Of a DNA stretch of 64,000 nucleotides, positions 30,300-47,209 are shown one piece after another; position 1 is the first letter of the stretch, and each line of letters begins with the position of its first letter. The position numbers and the translations under genes were made by a program. The stretch lies in assembly GCF_009914755.1 (NCBI RefSeq), contig NC_060929.1. One strand, given 5' to 3'. This DNA is from the human T2T-CHM13v2.0 reference genome, Homo sapiens. A model generated the notes under the pieces. That model did no database searches and had not been told where the DNA came from. It was given only the letters and a program-made list of their open reading frames with translations.

Positions 30300-30570
30300 T
30301 ACCTGCTATAAACCACAGATCAGAAGGTCTGGAAAAAATTTCAAAAAAATCTCCAAAAATTTCAACGCTCTTCAGCAAAGAACTGTTGACTATTCTACTC
30401 CACAGAAAAGTAGATTTATGGATCCAGACTTGCCAAACAAAGCTGGTATCTTTATTACAAAGAGACCCAACACCTTTCAGAATTCACAAGATGAGTTTGA
30501 CCTTTCACAGTTCTTTCATCCGGAAGTGGTCAACCTCATGGAAGGAGACACATAAGCTAACATTAATAAA
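30300..30570 (+). other. candidate terminal coding exon (unassigned)
   Basis: Pyrimidine tract + AG at 30298-30299, open frame to TAA at 30553-30555, AATAAA at 30565-30570. Confidence 0.3.
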
Positions 30571-31057
30571 ACCAGAATTAACTAGGGTTAAAAGAACTGA
30601 TTTGAGTATGATTATTGTTTTCTTTAAAATGGGCATATTAAATTTAGGTTTTCTTCATAATATCCTCAGGAACCATTTCATACAGATGTCACTGGACTGT
30701 TGATTGCTGAAATCCTGTCCAAAGCTAACATTCTTCGAGTTAATATGAATAGTAACTCAATCAGCAACGTTTATTACGTGCCTCTCCAAACGTATATTTT
30801 GTACATAATTAGATCACCAGAAATGTGATTCATGCCTCTGATTATCTACACTCAACTGCATTATTAATGTGTTGATATTAATGGGATTTTACCATTAACA
30901 ACACATTAATTTTGTTTATAAATTGCATCTTAAAATATTGACCACTTTTATTAGGAGTGCATGATGTTTTTTCCAACAAGGAAAAAGTGCTCTGTTTTAG
31001 CATTTATCAATATACCCTATTCAGTTTTGTTCTGCTTTTTTTTTTTAGCAAGGGAAC

Positions 31058-31570
31058 ACTGATAGTTAATTTTGTATGTCAATTTTGCTTGGCTATAGTA
31101 CCCAGTTATTTAATCAAACAGTAATCTAAGTGTTGCTGTGAAGGTATTTTGCAGATGTGGTTAAGATCTATTTGACTTTATGTAAAGGAGATTACCCTTG
31201 ATCATGTGGTTGGGCCTCTTTAATCTGTTGAAGGCATTAAGAGAAAAAAACTGAGGTTTCCCAAGAAAAGGAATTCTGCCTCAAGACCACAGCACCAACT
31301 CCTGAACTCTTGCCTGAGTTTCAAGTCTATTGGCCTGCCCTAAAAATTTTGGAGTCAAGACTACATGTATCAACTCCTGTCTGTTTCTAGCCTGCTTGCT
31401 TTGTTTGCCCTACAAATTTCAGACTTGCCAGGCCTAACAATTGCATGAATCAATTTTTAAGATAAACTCCTTTATATCTACATCTATATCTATGTCAAAT
31501 CTCTATCTATCTATCTATCTATCTATCTATTTTATTGGTTTTTATTTCATTGGAGAACCATCACTGATAT
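31058..31570 (+). mobile_element. MLT2 solo LTR with internal (TCTA)n
   Basis: TGATAGTTAATTTTGTATGTCAA...GGAGAACC. Confidence 0.85.
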
Positions 31571-31699
31571 AGAAATGAATTTGCATAGAAGTTGGCTAAG
31601 GTTAGGAGTATAGTCTGTGCCAATAGAAAATAAATCTTCCCTATGGAAAGTTCACTAAAGCCATTTAAGGACCAAATCCATTAACTTGATCTCACGGGG

Positions 31700-31865
31700 C
31701 TGATAGAGGGAAGGAGAGCCCCAAAGTGGAGTCTTAGACCAGGAGGGTTCTTGGCTTTGCCCAGGAAATAATTCAAGGGTGAGCTGGTGGTGCTAAACAC
31801 TGACTTTTATTGAAGTGGCATGCATAAATGCATTGTCAACAGTGATTTCCTTATGGGCACGAGAT
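31700..31865 (-). mobile_element. MER4-group ERV1 LTR fragment
   Basis: GGGTTCTTGGCTTTGCCCAGGAAATAATTCAAGGG and TTTATT. Confidence 0.5.
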
Positions 31866-31988
31866 TGGGAGTTGGGAGGAGAAAAAAACCTGCTTTTTTT
31901 TCCTTCACAATTACTATATATATTTCAGAGTCGTTTATGTTTCAAAGACCATAGATCAGTATGTTAATTGAATAATTAAAACTCCATA

Positions 31989-32157
31989 AGCTAGTTAGGT
32001 GTGGTGGTTCATGCCTGTAGTCCCAACTACTCAGGAGGCTGAGGCCAGAGGATCACTTCAGCCCAGGAGTTTGAGGCTACAGTGAGATATGATTATGCCA
32101 CTGCACTCCAGCCTGGGTGACAGAGCAAGGCCTTGTCTCTAAACAAACAAACAAAAA
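31989..32157 (+). mobile_element. Alu monomer (FAM/FRAM-like)
   Basis: Right-monomer-like sequence; TSD-like AAAACTCCAT/AAAACTTCAT. Confidence 0.85.
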
Positions 32158-32369
32158 CTTCATGAGGTTCAGAGGCCTTGATCATTATTTTTTCTGGAAT
32201 TCCATGGGAAGCCTAGAAGTGTTCCCCACAAAAGGATGATGTCCCCATGAAAGGATGACAGCCTCCATTTGCCAAAGACCGGCTGATTCATAGGAATCCT
32301 TTTCTTGGATTCATTAAAATTTAGCATTCATAAACAGAAGCTCAGAGGGAAAGAAGACATTAAAGTTAG

Positions 32370-32885
32370 GGATTCTGTAGGATACCCAAAGAGGTCTATA
32401 GAATTCAGGGAGTCCACAGACCTGGCTGGGAACAATTGTATTGTTATTTTCACTAACCTTTATCTGAAATTCAGGATTTCCCTCAATTAACAATGTAAAC
32501 AGCAATCCAGAGCAATAGACAACTGTGTTTCTATCTCCAATAGAGATCACAGATATATTCATATTCATTATAGTTGCAGATATCTCAAAATACTGTTTCT
32601 GCTTCTCACTGCTTTGAAGTTATAGTAGATAGTAGGCTTGCTGGTAGATCTAAACTAGTGCATTAAAAGTACATAGATTATAAATTTGGCTTATAGTCAG
32701 GTAACTGTGTTTGTAAATTATTGTTTTTCTTTGCAGTCCTCTACATGGTATTTTCTTCCTTTAATCCCATGACAAGCTACGGTGTTTTAAAAATATATTT
32801 AAAACGTTATTCTTAGAAGGGGTCTGTAGGCATCACCAAAGTTCTAGAGAGGTTCATGGCATAAAGAAAGTTAAAAATCTCTTCT
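32370..32885 (+). mobile_element. hAT-Charlie DNA transposon (Charlie4a-like)
   Basis: ATAGAATTCAGGGAGTCC...TTTTCACTAACC...CCAATAGAGATCACAGATAT; related to 45100-45245 and 48477-49278. Confidence 0.65.
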
Positions 32886-33284
32886 TTAGAGAAAAACAAA
32901 ACTAAATAATCTTTAACAAATAAAAGCAATCACAGTTTTTTGTTCTTGTTAAAAGAAAAGGGATTTACAGATGTGTAACATTCCATATTCCAAACAAGTG
33001 TTTTTTCTTTTTGCAGAGACCTAGCACAAAGGAATTACCATTACCACAGTCATCTGGAGATAAACTATTTTCCCATAGCTATAGAAAGATCTTTTGTTTA
33101 GGAAAAGTATCTAAGCAAAAAACTGACTTATACTATATAGATGATTTTTCCTTTAATCAAGCAAGAAGTACTTGACAAGGTTTTAATTTATGATATTCTG
33201 CTCTTTCAAATGATAAAGATATCTTTAAATTTCAATTGGATTTTTCTAAACAATAGACCTAAATCCCATTTTACCTTTCTTTTC

Positions 33285-33465
33285 TTATTTATATCTTATT
33301 TACTTTATTTATTTGTTTTTATGGTAGGGGTCTTGTTCTCTCACCCGGACAGTAGTGGAGTGGCGCAATCACAGCTCAATGCATCTTCGAACTCCTGGGC
33401 TCAAGTGATCCTCCTACCTCACCCTGAGTAACTGGGATTACAGGCATGAGCTATCATGCCCAGCT
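33285..33465 (-). mobile_element. Alu monomer
   Basis: Monomer flanked by the direct repeat CATTTTACCTTT. Confidence 0.8.
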
Positions 33466-34254
33466 CTCATTTTACCTTTTTGAATCTTAGAAAGAGGAAC
33501 CAGAATCCATATAGCCAATTGAAGCAATGTGACACATATAAGAACTCAATTTAGGAATTCAAGGTTATTGCCTTGAATCATTGTACTGAGGTTTATAGCC
33601 AATCATAGATCAAAGATCACCAGAAGGACCATGTCAGAAGACTGGGCAGTAAATAATTTGCAGTTGTTTGTTCCAATACATTCTAATGTGCCCTTTGATC
33701 TTAAAAAGTTCATGGACAGATGATGGTGAGGGAAATAAAGGACAGCAGAGTTCAGTGATGGGAGGTTGGGATGGGGAAAAGCTGCAATGCCGTGTGATGC
33801 CCTCAGTTCCACAGGGCACATTGTGTAACCACTTTGCTTTCCCCTCAGCAGGACATGCACTCTGGCCTCACGTTGAGTTGCATAAGTAGGGATTTCAATT
33901 TTTTAAAAAAATTTACTTTATCAATGAGGATGCTGTTTATGACAGCAAGGACATCAAGCCCCTTTGTTTGGACATAAGGTCTAGGGAAAAACCCCTAACT
34001 CCTCCCTCTTCTCCCTTCTCAGCAGTCTGAGTTTGCCCCAAGTTGCAGTGCATTTCAGGTTATAATAGAACAGGAGGAGAGTCTCATCTGGGAAGAAAAA
34101 TGGGAAGGACCAAGTGGAAAACTATCAGGGCTTAGGTATTCAAAAGTATGGCATCAACTGGCAGATATGCTACATGTTTTTTGAGGTTTCTCTACTTCTG
34201 ACCATTTTGGCTCCATAAGCCATATTTATCAATAAACAAGGAGTAATCTACCAG

Positions 34255-34420
34255 ACATATTCAAAGTGTGGCCCATGGGCAGGAGGCATTATCTGGGAGC
34301 TTCTGGGAGAAATGCAGATTCTCAGACTCTAACCTAGAGCTGCTAAATCAGAATCTCCAGGGGTGGGACCCAGGAATCTGTGTTTTAATAATCCTTCCAG
34401 ATGATTCTTAGGCAACCTAG
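34255..34420. mobile_element. MER5A hAT MITE
   Basis: CAAAGTGTGGCCC...GAAATGCAGATTCTC...AATCAGAATCT...GGAATCTGTGTTTTAA. Confidence 0.75.
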
Positions 34421-34913
34421 GCAACCCTCTGCAGATTCCTCTTCTGAGGGAGGAGGACGTCGCTGTGTCACTGAGCAACAGCAGTGTTATGTGGGTGTTT
34501 ATTAACTGGCCAAAGCCCCACAATGAAGAGCAGCAAAGCCATGACTTCATGGCACACAGACTGAGGGGAAAAACCATTAGTTTCTGTTTAATTTGCCCAT
34601 GCTAAATCCACGCCAATAAGTTTGCAAAACATTACACACCTCCCTGTGACTAACTGTTTTGAAATTATACTCAAGTGTTTGGGTTGTTTGGGGAATTAAG
34701 GTAGAACATGTTGTTTAGGGAATCTGAGAACTTTTTCTCATTTTTTCCACAGACTTTCTATAAATATGTTGAGAGCTTGGACTGGGTCTTACTCATGCTT
34801 TTCTTACCAGCACTGGCTCAGAGCCTGCTTCATTAGAGCTGATTAATAAATGTTTGGAAAATGAATAAATGAGTAATAAATGAATGAAATTCAATGAAGG
34901 TTTTGTCTTTACC

Positions 34914-35513
34914 TGTGTTTATAGGTTTTATATTGCTCTCAGTATAAATTACCACTAATGTAGTAGTTCAAACAACAAACATTTATTATCTCATAGTTTT
35001 CTATGTCCAAAGTCCAACTGGGTCTCATTGGGCTGATCAAGGGTTCTGCAGGTCTGCATTTCTTTCTGGAGACTCTAAGGGACAATCCATTTTCTTGTCC
35101 ATAAAAGTGGTTGGTAGAATTCAGCTCTTTATAGCTATAGGGCTGAGGTTTCCATTCCCTTGCTGAGTGTGAGCTGAGGGCCTTTCCCCGGTTATAGAGT
35201 TCACTGCATTCCTTGGATCCTGGCTCTCTTCCTCCATCTTCAAAGCCAGCAATCAAGGGTTAAGTACCTCTCAAACATTGAATCTCCCCTCTTTCTTGTT
35301 CTCCCACATCGCTCTAACTCTCTACCTTCCTCTTCTACTTTTAAGGGCTTATATGGCTACATGAAACTTACCCATATATACAGAAAAATCTCATATCAAG
35401 ATTCATAACCTTCATTATGTATGCAAAGTCCTTTTGCTGTGTAAGTTAACATACTCAAGGATTCTGGGAATTAGAATGTCTACATCCGATGGGCCATTAT
35501 CCTGCCGACCACA
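34914..35513 (-). mobile_element. MLT1 solo LTR
   Basis: AAATTACCAC...CATTTATTATCTCATAGTT...GGGCCATTATCCTGCCGACCACA. Confidence 0.8.
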
Positions 35514-35605
35514 TTCTATTACACAAAGTATATTAAAAGCATCTGAATCCTGATTGAAAAAGATTTCAATTCAAATTAAAAAGAATTTGATGAAGAAAAG
35601 GTATC

Positions 35606-38212
<2,607 letters not shown>

Positions 38213-40741
38213 GTATGATGTTCTTGTAGAATGCATTAGCACAAGATACCAACCCCTTGAATTAGCCCTTTGAGAGATGATGAATTTAGAAAAGTTTGTT
38301 TATAGCCTTCTATTATCACCACTTTTAAAATTCCCCTTCCTGTGCACCCTCCCTCTTCATACCATGCTGGACAGCACCCAAGCTCTTAAACCTTCTTCCT
38401 CTTTTCTTTGTGTGGCTCTCAGTCAAAACATAATAGGAATAGCTAATTATTGATCACTTTACTATATGCTTATTACTTTCATACAAACCATCTCATTAAA
38501 TTATCATATTACCTCAATTAAGTATTTGTCATTTTAGAGGAAGAGGAGACTTATCAAGTTTAAGTAACCTACTTATGATAGTCAATAACAGAGCTCGGAT
38601 TCCACCATAAGCCCCTCTTGTTCATCATTACACATGACGTCTCCTTGTGATGCCCCATTTTCACATTCCCTCCACTCCTAAGCAGCAGACCAAACTTAGA
38701 CTCATATGTTCACTAACTGATACACAAAAGTGTCTTTTGTAACAAGATCTCAAGTCTTAAAGAATAACCCCATTGGTGAAAATCAAGGCATCTCATGGTA
38801 GGCCAGGAGAGGAAATCAAACTATCTAGCTTCCCTTGGCACACAAACATTTATAAAGCTTGACAGAGTAGGAGTTTAGAAGAGCACTGGAGAATTCTTTT
38901 TTTAAATCTTTACTATGCCAGAAAAAGCACTAGTTCTACGGAGTAGTCAGGAAGAAGGTCTAAGGAAGATCCTATGATATTTGTCATTGCTATAGACACT
39001 GTATTTGAACAAAATCTCTCACTTCTATTTCTACAAGAATTTTATCCAAATTGGTAAAAATGTTCCCTCAGTATGGGAATTCATAAACAGGAACAATAAC
39101 TATTGACTTATGAGTTATTTCACCCCTTTTGACTATTTAACCATTGATTGTCTGGTTTTATTACTCAGTATTTAGTGCCTCATTATTTAGTAAATACATA
39201 CTGTATATTTTGCTATTTGCTGACACCATGCTAGGTACAGAGGCAAAAAAGAAGGAATACAAAGTTCAACCACAGACTGAAATACACTCAGCAGCAGCCA
39301 AATTATAATATAACGTAAGCTGTGACCTAATCTCATTTTTACCCTTATCCTGGATGATACCTTAATCAAGAAAGCCCAAGGAAATATAGATTTAATTCTG
39401 AATGGCTTGCTTGTTTGGAGGCCAAAGCTTGCTCCTAAGAAATTCATTTTAAACATGCAGTGTAGAGCAGGCTACTTCTCCTTTGCTCTATCATGTTCCA
39501 TTTGCAAAGAGGAACTGTGTTCCAGGGGAGCGAGGACCAGACTGTGGTCTCAGCACTCAGCTCCTGCCCACCCTAGAAGACTGTTTTACCCTTAGAGCTC
39601 CCACCAGCTTTCCTGAAAGAGCAATCAAATCTAGCTTTCCTGTGAATTATATTTTTTGATGCCATAAATAAATATTACTGTAACCTTTGTTTACTATATA
39701 TATGTTTTCCATAAATAATATTTCTATGGCTATGATGACTATTCATAGTTTAATTTCTGCTTTAGCAAGACTGGTGCTTTAAAAATTATGATGTAGGTGG
39801 AATTTGTCTTCACACATCTCTTCTCTTTCAGCACTGATTGACTCCTGAGATACCAAGGGAACATATGCTGCTATTAGATCCATCTTTTATATCCTCTACC
39901 ATCAAACTTCACCAACTAGAATGTGCTTTTCCAGCATGCACTATGTGGCTCTGGAATCTGTATGACTGATTTCAAGCCCTCACTCCATAAAATTTTCTGT
40001 CCTGTTGACCTTTTCATTTGGAACTTACTTCTCAGACAGAGAGATGAGGAATAAGCTACAGGGCAGGGGCTATCTCTTTTACATATTTGTATTTCCTAAT
40101 GTCTAGGTTATTGTCTGTGCTATAATAAATCACAATACTACAAACTATATTAATAATGGTGGACACTTCTGTAGCATTTACAACATGCCAAGCAATTATT
40201 TATACAATTTATATACATTGACTCATTTCATCTCATGACAAATTTATAAGTACTATTATACTCATTTTATAAATATAGAAATTAGATGTTGTTGAGTTTA
40301 TGAATGAAGTAATGGAAGGTTACCTCATATAATAAAGACTTCCTGGAGACAATTCCTCACTTCAAAAGGTGACCCTAACAGTGGGAATTTGTGGCCTGTG
40401 GGCTATCTAAGAGGAAAGATACTTGTGGGTGTGTGGGGCTACAGTGGGAGAGGATATGTCTTTGAAATCCCTCCAGTGACACAGCACCCAACTTACACAG
40501 TATTTCAGGGATCTCTCTTTGTCTATGGTCTTGCTTCAGACAACTTGGCTTCATTTGATTTTAAGGAGTCCAGGAGTTAGGGAGGTTATAAATATGCTTG
40601 CCCAGATTAGGGGAGGGGGAGTTAGAACTCTGCAATCCAAGCCCTAAGGGATATATTAGAGACAAATAGAGAAATCCAGTCCAACCAGCTACAGAAGCTT
40701 GTGGGACAGTGCTGGCCCTGGTTACTCTTGGTCATGGAGCT

Positions 40742-42098
40742 TCTGTTTTCATTTCCTGTGCTACATAATAAATAACCACAAACTTAGCAGCTTAAAACAA
40801 TACCAATTGATTTAGTTATTTTTGACTTTTAGATTCAGGGTTACATGTACGGGTTTGTTATATAATTGAGTATATAAATTGAGTGTCACAGGGGTTTTAT
40901 GTATAGACTATTTCATTGCTCAGGTGATAAGCACAGTACCCAATAGGCAGTTTTCATTCCTCACCCTCCTTCTACCCTCCCCCTCAAGTAGGCCCCGGTG
41001 TCTATTGTTCCCCTCTTTGTGTCTATGTGTACTCCATGTTTAGCTCCCAATTATAAGTAAGAACATGCAGTATTTGGTTTTCTGTTCCTGTGTTAGTTCA
41101 CAGGATAATGGCCACCAGCTCCATTTGTGTTCCTGTGAAGGACACAATCTAGTTCTTTCTTATAGGTGCGTAGTATTCCATGGCATATACACACCACATT
41201 TTCTTTATCCAGTCCACCATTGATGGGCATTGAGGTTGATTCCACGTCTTTGTATTGTGAGTAGTGCCACGATGAACATATAAGTGTGCATCTTTTTGGT
41301 GGAATGATTTATTTCCCTTTGGGTATATACCCAGTAATGGAGTTGCTAGGTCAAATGGTAGTTGTTTTACGTTCTTTGAGAGATCGCCAGGCTGCTTTCC
41401 ACAGTAGCTGAAATAATTTATATTCCCACCAGGAGTATATAAGCGTACTCTTTTCTCCCCAGCCTCTCCAGCATCCATTATTTGTTGACTTTTTAATAAT
41501 AGACAGTCTGGCTGTGTGAGATAGTATGTCACTGTGGTTCTGATTTGCATTTCTCTAATGATTAGTGATGTTGAGCTTTTTTTTATATACTTGTTGGCTG
41601 TATGTCATCTTTTGAGAATTGCCTGCTCATGTCCTTTGCCCACTTTTTGATGGAGTTGTTTTTTTTGTTTTGCTTGTTAATTTGTTAAAACAATACCAAT
41701 TTATTATCTCACAGTTTTTGTGGGCCAAGCGTTTAGGAATGGCTTATCTGGATATCAAAAGGTTGCAATCAAAGTGTCAGCTAAGCTGCATTGTCATCTA
41801 GAGGCTGGACTGGGAAAGGATCCACTTCCAAGCACACTTAGGTTGTTAGCAGAATCCATTGCCTTGCAGCTGTAGGACTGGACTCCTTAGCCTCTTGCTG
41901 GTTGTTGGCTGGCAGCTGCCCTCAGCTTCTTGCCATATGGCCCTCCCAATATGGCCACTTACTTCTTTAAGGTCTGCCACAGAGTTCCTAGAATAAGTCT
42001 GCCAGCAAGAGGGACATAATCACACTGAAGTAACATTCTATCACCTCTGCCACATTCCATTGCTAGAGGTAAGTCACAAGTCCTGTCCACACTTAAGT
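40742..42098 (-). mobile_element. MLT1 LTR split by an L1
   Basis: ACCACAAACTTAGCAGCTTAAAACAA resumes as TTTATTATCTCACAG; ends CTGCCACA. Confidence 0.8.
40809..41684 (-). mobile_element. 5'-truncated L1 (old L1PA/L1PB-like)
   Basis: ORF2 C-terminus (WIKKMWCVYAMEYY); 17-bp TSD TTAAAACAATACCAATT at 40792-40808 and 41685-41701. Confidence 0.9.
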
Positions 42099-43243
42099 GG
42101 AGGGCATGAGAATGAGAAGATGAGATTTTCAGGGGTTATGTTAGAGATTATCTGCCACAGTCTCTCAGGACCCTCTTGAAGAAAGCTCCATGAGGTTAAG
42201 CAGAAGTGTTATGTGCACTGCATTCACCCTGCATGTGAACAGATGACATCAGGCACCCTGTCTGACTTATTCATGGAAGTATCCCATGTCCAGGACAGTC
42301 CCTTCTACTGAAAAAGGTCTGCCCATGAATAAATAAGTGAATGACTCCTCATATTATGTCTGTTGTAAAGAAAGGAAATTGACAGGCAGGAATGAGGCTA
42401 AGAGTACACCTACAACTTACACTTACACTTGATGTGTAAAAGATGGCCCTTTGCATGACTTACTCCCAGCTAGCTCGTCCATTTTCTGCAACATAATGTC
42501 GCTGGCAAAGAAATTGTTTAGAAAATTGGTCCAGGCGATAAGGGAGGAGGAAGAAGACTTTCTGTGAGGGCACTTTCTCTAGTGGACCAAGTCTTCTCTC
42601 AGGATGGCTGGGCACCCCACTTCCAGGTGGTTCTGGTTGGCTCTGCTTTTCATAGAGAAATTTTGGAAGTTCTACAAAGATGTTAACAAGAGTATGAGTG
42701 CATTTCTTTTTTCTAGTACTTTACAGTTAGCAATGTCCCCTCAGGTATAACTTTCTTTGAGTCTAAATCTCCAAGTAGCCATTTTGGACACAAAGAAAAA
42801 GCAAACAGAAGGACTGAAACAAGAAGGGGAAATTTTAGTATTAAAGTGACCTCCAAGAGTCATGCAAGCAGCAGAGTCAGATGTTGCTTGGTGTCACTGA
42901 GATTTCACTACTCTTCCTGGAGCATTTCCTAACTGGGACCACACATTGTACTAACTTTGACCCAAGGGGTAAGGCTGTAGGCATAGAAACACGTAAGAAC
43001 AGGGACACAAGGATGAGTACTCAGTAGGCTCTCAAGATGTGAGCTTTGCCATTAATTTAAATCATGTAGAGAAACAGGATAGAGTTTGGCTGGAAAACGG
43101 CCGCACACTAGACAAGTTTGATGTTTAAAATGTTGGTTGTTTGTGTGTCCATGTGCAAGTGTGTGTGTACAGAGGTTAGATACAGAAGAGAGAGCATGTC
43201 CAACCTCACTTTCTGTAAATTTTGTTGTTAGTAAGGAGGGGTG

Positions 43244-43578
43244 GGCTGGGCGTGGTTGTTCACACCTGTAATCCCAGCACTTTGGGTGGCCGAGGCGGGA
43301 GGATAATTTGAGGTCAGGAGTTTGAGACCAGCCTGACCAACAGGGTGAAACTCTGTTTCTACTAAAAAAAAAAAAAAAAAAAAAAATACAAAAACTTAGC
43401 TGGACATGGTGGCACACACCTGTAATCTCAGCTACTCAGGAGGCCGAGGCACGAGAATCACTTGAACTTGTGAGACAGAGGTCGCAGTGAGCTGAAATAG
43501 CACCACTGAACTCCAACCTGGGCGACAGTGTGAGACTCGGTCTCAAAAAACAAAACATAACAAAACAAACAAAAAAAA
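43244..43578 (+). mobile_element. Alu with expanded middle A-run
   Basis: Full dimer; ~23 A linker. Confidence 0.95.
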
Positions 43579-45099
43579 GGAAGGGAATAGGAGATCTTTA
43601 AGAGGAAAAAGAAAATTTGGAATTTCCTGAACAGAAATCCAAGGTATGGGAGGAGAAGTACAAGGATCAGAACTCAGAGATTGCCTTTGGCCTCTCCTTC
43701 AGTCCTTCAGTAGATTTTCAAAACTCCAACTGCACAGAAACTTTCAAATGGAAAAAGGATCTATTTACAGGCCAAGCCTTTAAAAAAAATTATGAATCGG
43801 AACATAATAGTGTAACTAAGAGGTAGGTCCTGAAATCCAGCCAGGAAAAATACTAAGACAGAGAAATTTATTCCTATGAAGGAACAGTGGCCAAAAAAAC
43901 CCCAGAAAAACAGAGTAATCAGGGTTTGCCTTTCCACCCATGATTCTGAGCTGCTGTTTGTACTAGGAGTTTCTAACATGCAGTTTGCATCTTCTGTGTC
44001 ACTGGCAGATCACACTTTACCAGTGGTTTTGGGGACCGAGTGACCAGCCTTTTATCTGGAGATCTGAGGCATTCTTGTTCTTTTTCCTGCTGTATCTGCC
44101 TCATGTTTGATGATGAAACATGTTATTTTTCCTAACACTTACCCATTACTTCTGGATGAACTTGTCAGAGGAAAGGCCCCAAAACACTTGCACTCCTTCT
44201 ATAAAATACTCAAACCATCTTCTTGTCCCAGCTAACCAAATGGGAAGCCAAGAGGCACTCAGGGCCTCCTCAAGCATGGGCTTATCTGGCCAATGTTTGT
44301 GATTATAAGTGATATATTTTTAAAAGACATATTTTAATTTTAAACTCATAAGGCTAGGAGAGCTTTTATAAAAAAACAGAATATACAATGGCAAACATAC
44401 AAACTAATTTGGGACAGTTCATATTCTTGGAGCTAGCCACAAGGGTATGCAGTCCAAAGGAGAGCTTCCCCTTAGCTCTAGGTAGGAAAGCCTGTGAGAT
44501 TTTGGCTGTGCTTCATTCTTTGGGTACACCATCAGCAGAAGGAATATATAATGAACTTAATAGGCTCAAACATTAACTGATAGTTTAGTACAGTGCAGGA
44601 ATGCCAGGGATGCCCAGAAATGCACAGGTAGGGAAGAGGATGTCAACGTCCTCTCTCTGAATAAAGAGGGCAGACCTGAGGCCAGGGTCTTTAGCCAACA
44701 TGATGATAAAAAGGAGGAAGAGAAAAAAGTGGGAAGGAGAAGGAACACGACGATTCTAAGTGGAAAATTGTCACCTCCAACATAGCACTCAACAAAGTTG
44801 AAATGCTATTTTGTGTTTAAAGAGTAAAATTGAGAAAAATGTCAAAGAGGGAAAATACATGTATCTGTGACTTGAGCAGGCTGTGAAATCGAACTCTGTT
44901 TTAACATTTCAGATAATCAACTCTTATCAAGATTATATTAAACTTCATTAAAAATTGCCTTCTAAGTTGAGAGAATAACCAAGTATTTTATAGGCTTTTT
45001 TTCTTAACTTTAGATGGCTGGATTGAGAAGACAGCAAATGAGAAATATATGTATAAAATCAGATAATCCTTGCTCTCTCAAACATACCAACCTGTGAGT

Positions 45100-45245
45100 G
45101 ACCTTGGGTGGCTTTGTCACCAATAAAAATCACAGGTTATTTCACTGCAGGTTACGGTTGTTGCAAATATCTTAAAATACCATTTATGCTCATCGTTGCT
45201 TTGAAATTATGATAAGAGAAATCACTTATTCATCAGGCCCGCAGC
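45100..45245 (+). mobile_element. Charlie4a-like fragment
   Basis: CTTTGTCACCAATAAAAATCACAG...ATTTATGCTCATC..CTTTGAAATTAT. Confidence 0.6.
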
Positions 45246-46849
45246 AGCTTTTTGAGTAAAAGAAGATAAGCCATTAAAAGAAAACAACCGAGGTAGGGGA
45301 CTGTGACTAAGGAGAACACACACAGATTGGGGTTTGACTGCTATGTGAATAGTCATTTTTTTTTAGTCACTCAATAAACTTGAACTGAGTATCTGATATC
45401 TGCCAGATAATAAACTTGGCCTTGTACTAAATTATTATTTTTGGGAGGAGTAATCAAAGACAGTAATTCCTAGATAAGAAAAAACAAAATCAAACAAAAC
45501 ACAAAACAGGCAGATTTCTTTTTCTATGGAGATCACCAAGTTGCTTGAGAATGAGGTACCTACCAAAGATTACCAAGACTTTCTGCAGCAAAGTATACTG
45601 ACTTTGTGCTCTGGACCAGAAAGTAAATTCTAATGATCTCTTTTATAAAAGAACATTGCACCATAATGATTTTAAGGCATGGGACTTTTAGAAAACGGTA
45701 GGAGTTTCTCCCATATTCAATCTCTACTGCTATGAGTTTCTTAGTGATTTGACAATAATTCCCAGTAATTTTCCAGAAAAGTTATTACAGTCTTTTCAAA
45801 ACTGCCTAGGACAGATGCCAAGACAAAGCATTCAAGCTGCAACAGGGGCCAGATTTCAACCCACTCATGCTTTCCCAATATGTACTGCCATCTATTACAA
45901 GAGGAGGTGATCTAAGAACTTATACCTAGTGGTTGGCAACTAAGCATATGAGTATGAACAGTTCCACAATTTCTGTCGTATCAGAACAGCAGCAAGCAGA
46001 AGGGAATCAAATGCTTCTCTGCAACCTGTCTCTTTGGTGGGACTTCCATCAGTACTGACACCTGCCAGGCATCCACAGAAATCTAGATTGCATTAACAAC
46101 CACAGGTTGCCTTCTCTGATCTTAGAATTTTGGAGATACCCTTCCACGTTAGCTGGATCAGAGGGACAATAGTAGAGTTTGCTTCTTAACAGAGCCCTTT
46201 CTCTTATATCAATCTGGAAGTTTCTTTCTATCTCATCCTTCTTGGTGAAGGGTTCCCAACCTTTTGGGGAGCACCTGGAAGCTCTTTGATCAAATATTTC
46301 TTGAGAGTCAGTTTTTACTCTGTGGTATCTTGGTACTTACTGCTACTCTCCAGGGGCAGCATTTCCTCTCTGCCTAAACAGAAATGATTGTCTGGGTTTC
46401 TGTCAGACTGTACTATCCACTCAACAAGTAGATCCAGCCCATTTTACCATAAGAAGCTATTTTTAATATCTCCGCAAAAATGTTGGGGGCCACCACATGA
46501 TCACATTTGGTGCCTCAATAGGAGGTGAGATTATAAGTAATGACAAAAAAAGTGACCTAAAAAATCCTTTTAAATGATTTTGACATTTATTAATTCTACA
46601 TATATTTTTTAATAAAGCATATATTTCTGAGTCAGATTATGTATTCAGTATAATGAAGAAATAGATTCTTGAGAGAAGTGTTCCCAGAGAATCTCTGGTC
46701 CACAGATTGGAAAATGTCACATTATGTTATGAGTTCCTTGAGGAAGATGCTATGTTTTGTTCAGCCTTTTATCCCTCATGCCTAACCCAGTGTTTGGCAC
46801 AAAGCACATGCTTAACATGAAATAGATATTTGGGAGATGTTTTGTTTTA

Positions 46850-47050
46850 GTGAACACTTTTGTTACATTCATGGGACACTTACCATGTGCCAGACACTGT
46901 TGTAAGTGCTGTACATGTATTAACTCATTCAACCATCAAACAACTCTAGGAGATAGATGATGTTTTACAGATGACAAAACTGAGACTCAGAAATCTTCAG
47001 TAATTTACTCAATGCCACATTGCAAGGAATTTTAAAAGCCAGGATACAAA
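46850..47050 (-). mobile_element. MIR
   Basis: CACTTACCATGTGCCAG...TTTTACAGATGACAAAACTGAGACTCAG. Confidence 0.75.
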
Positions 47051-47209
47051 GTAATTAAACATTTCCTTTAATGTTTTCAAATGTAACCGCACGGCAGATA
47101 GGGAGTCCACAGCCATGGTTATTCGGTGGGGCACTGCTGACTGATCATATTTTAGAATGCTACTTGGGCAACTCCTGAACATGCAATGAAGAATGAGGGC
47201 CCTTCATCA

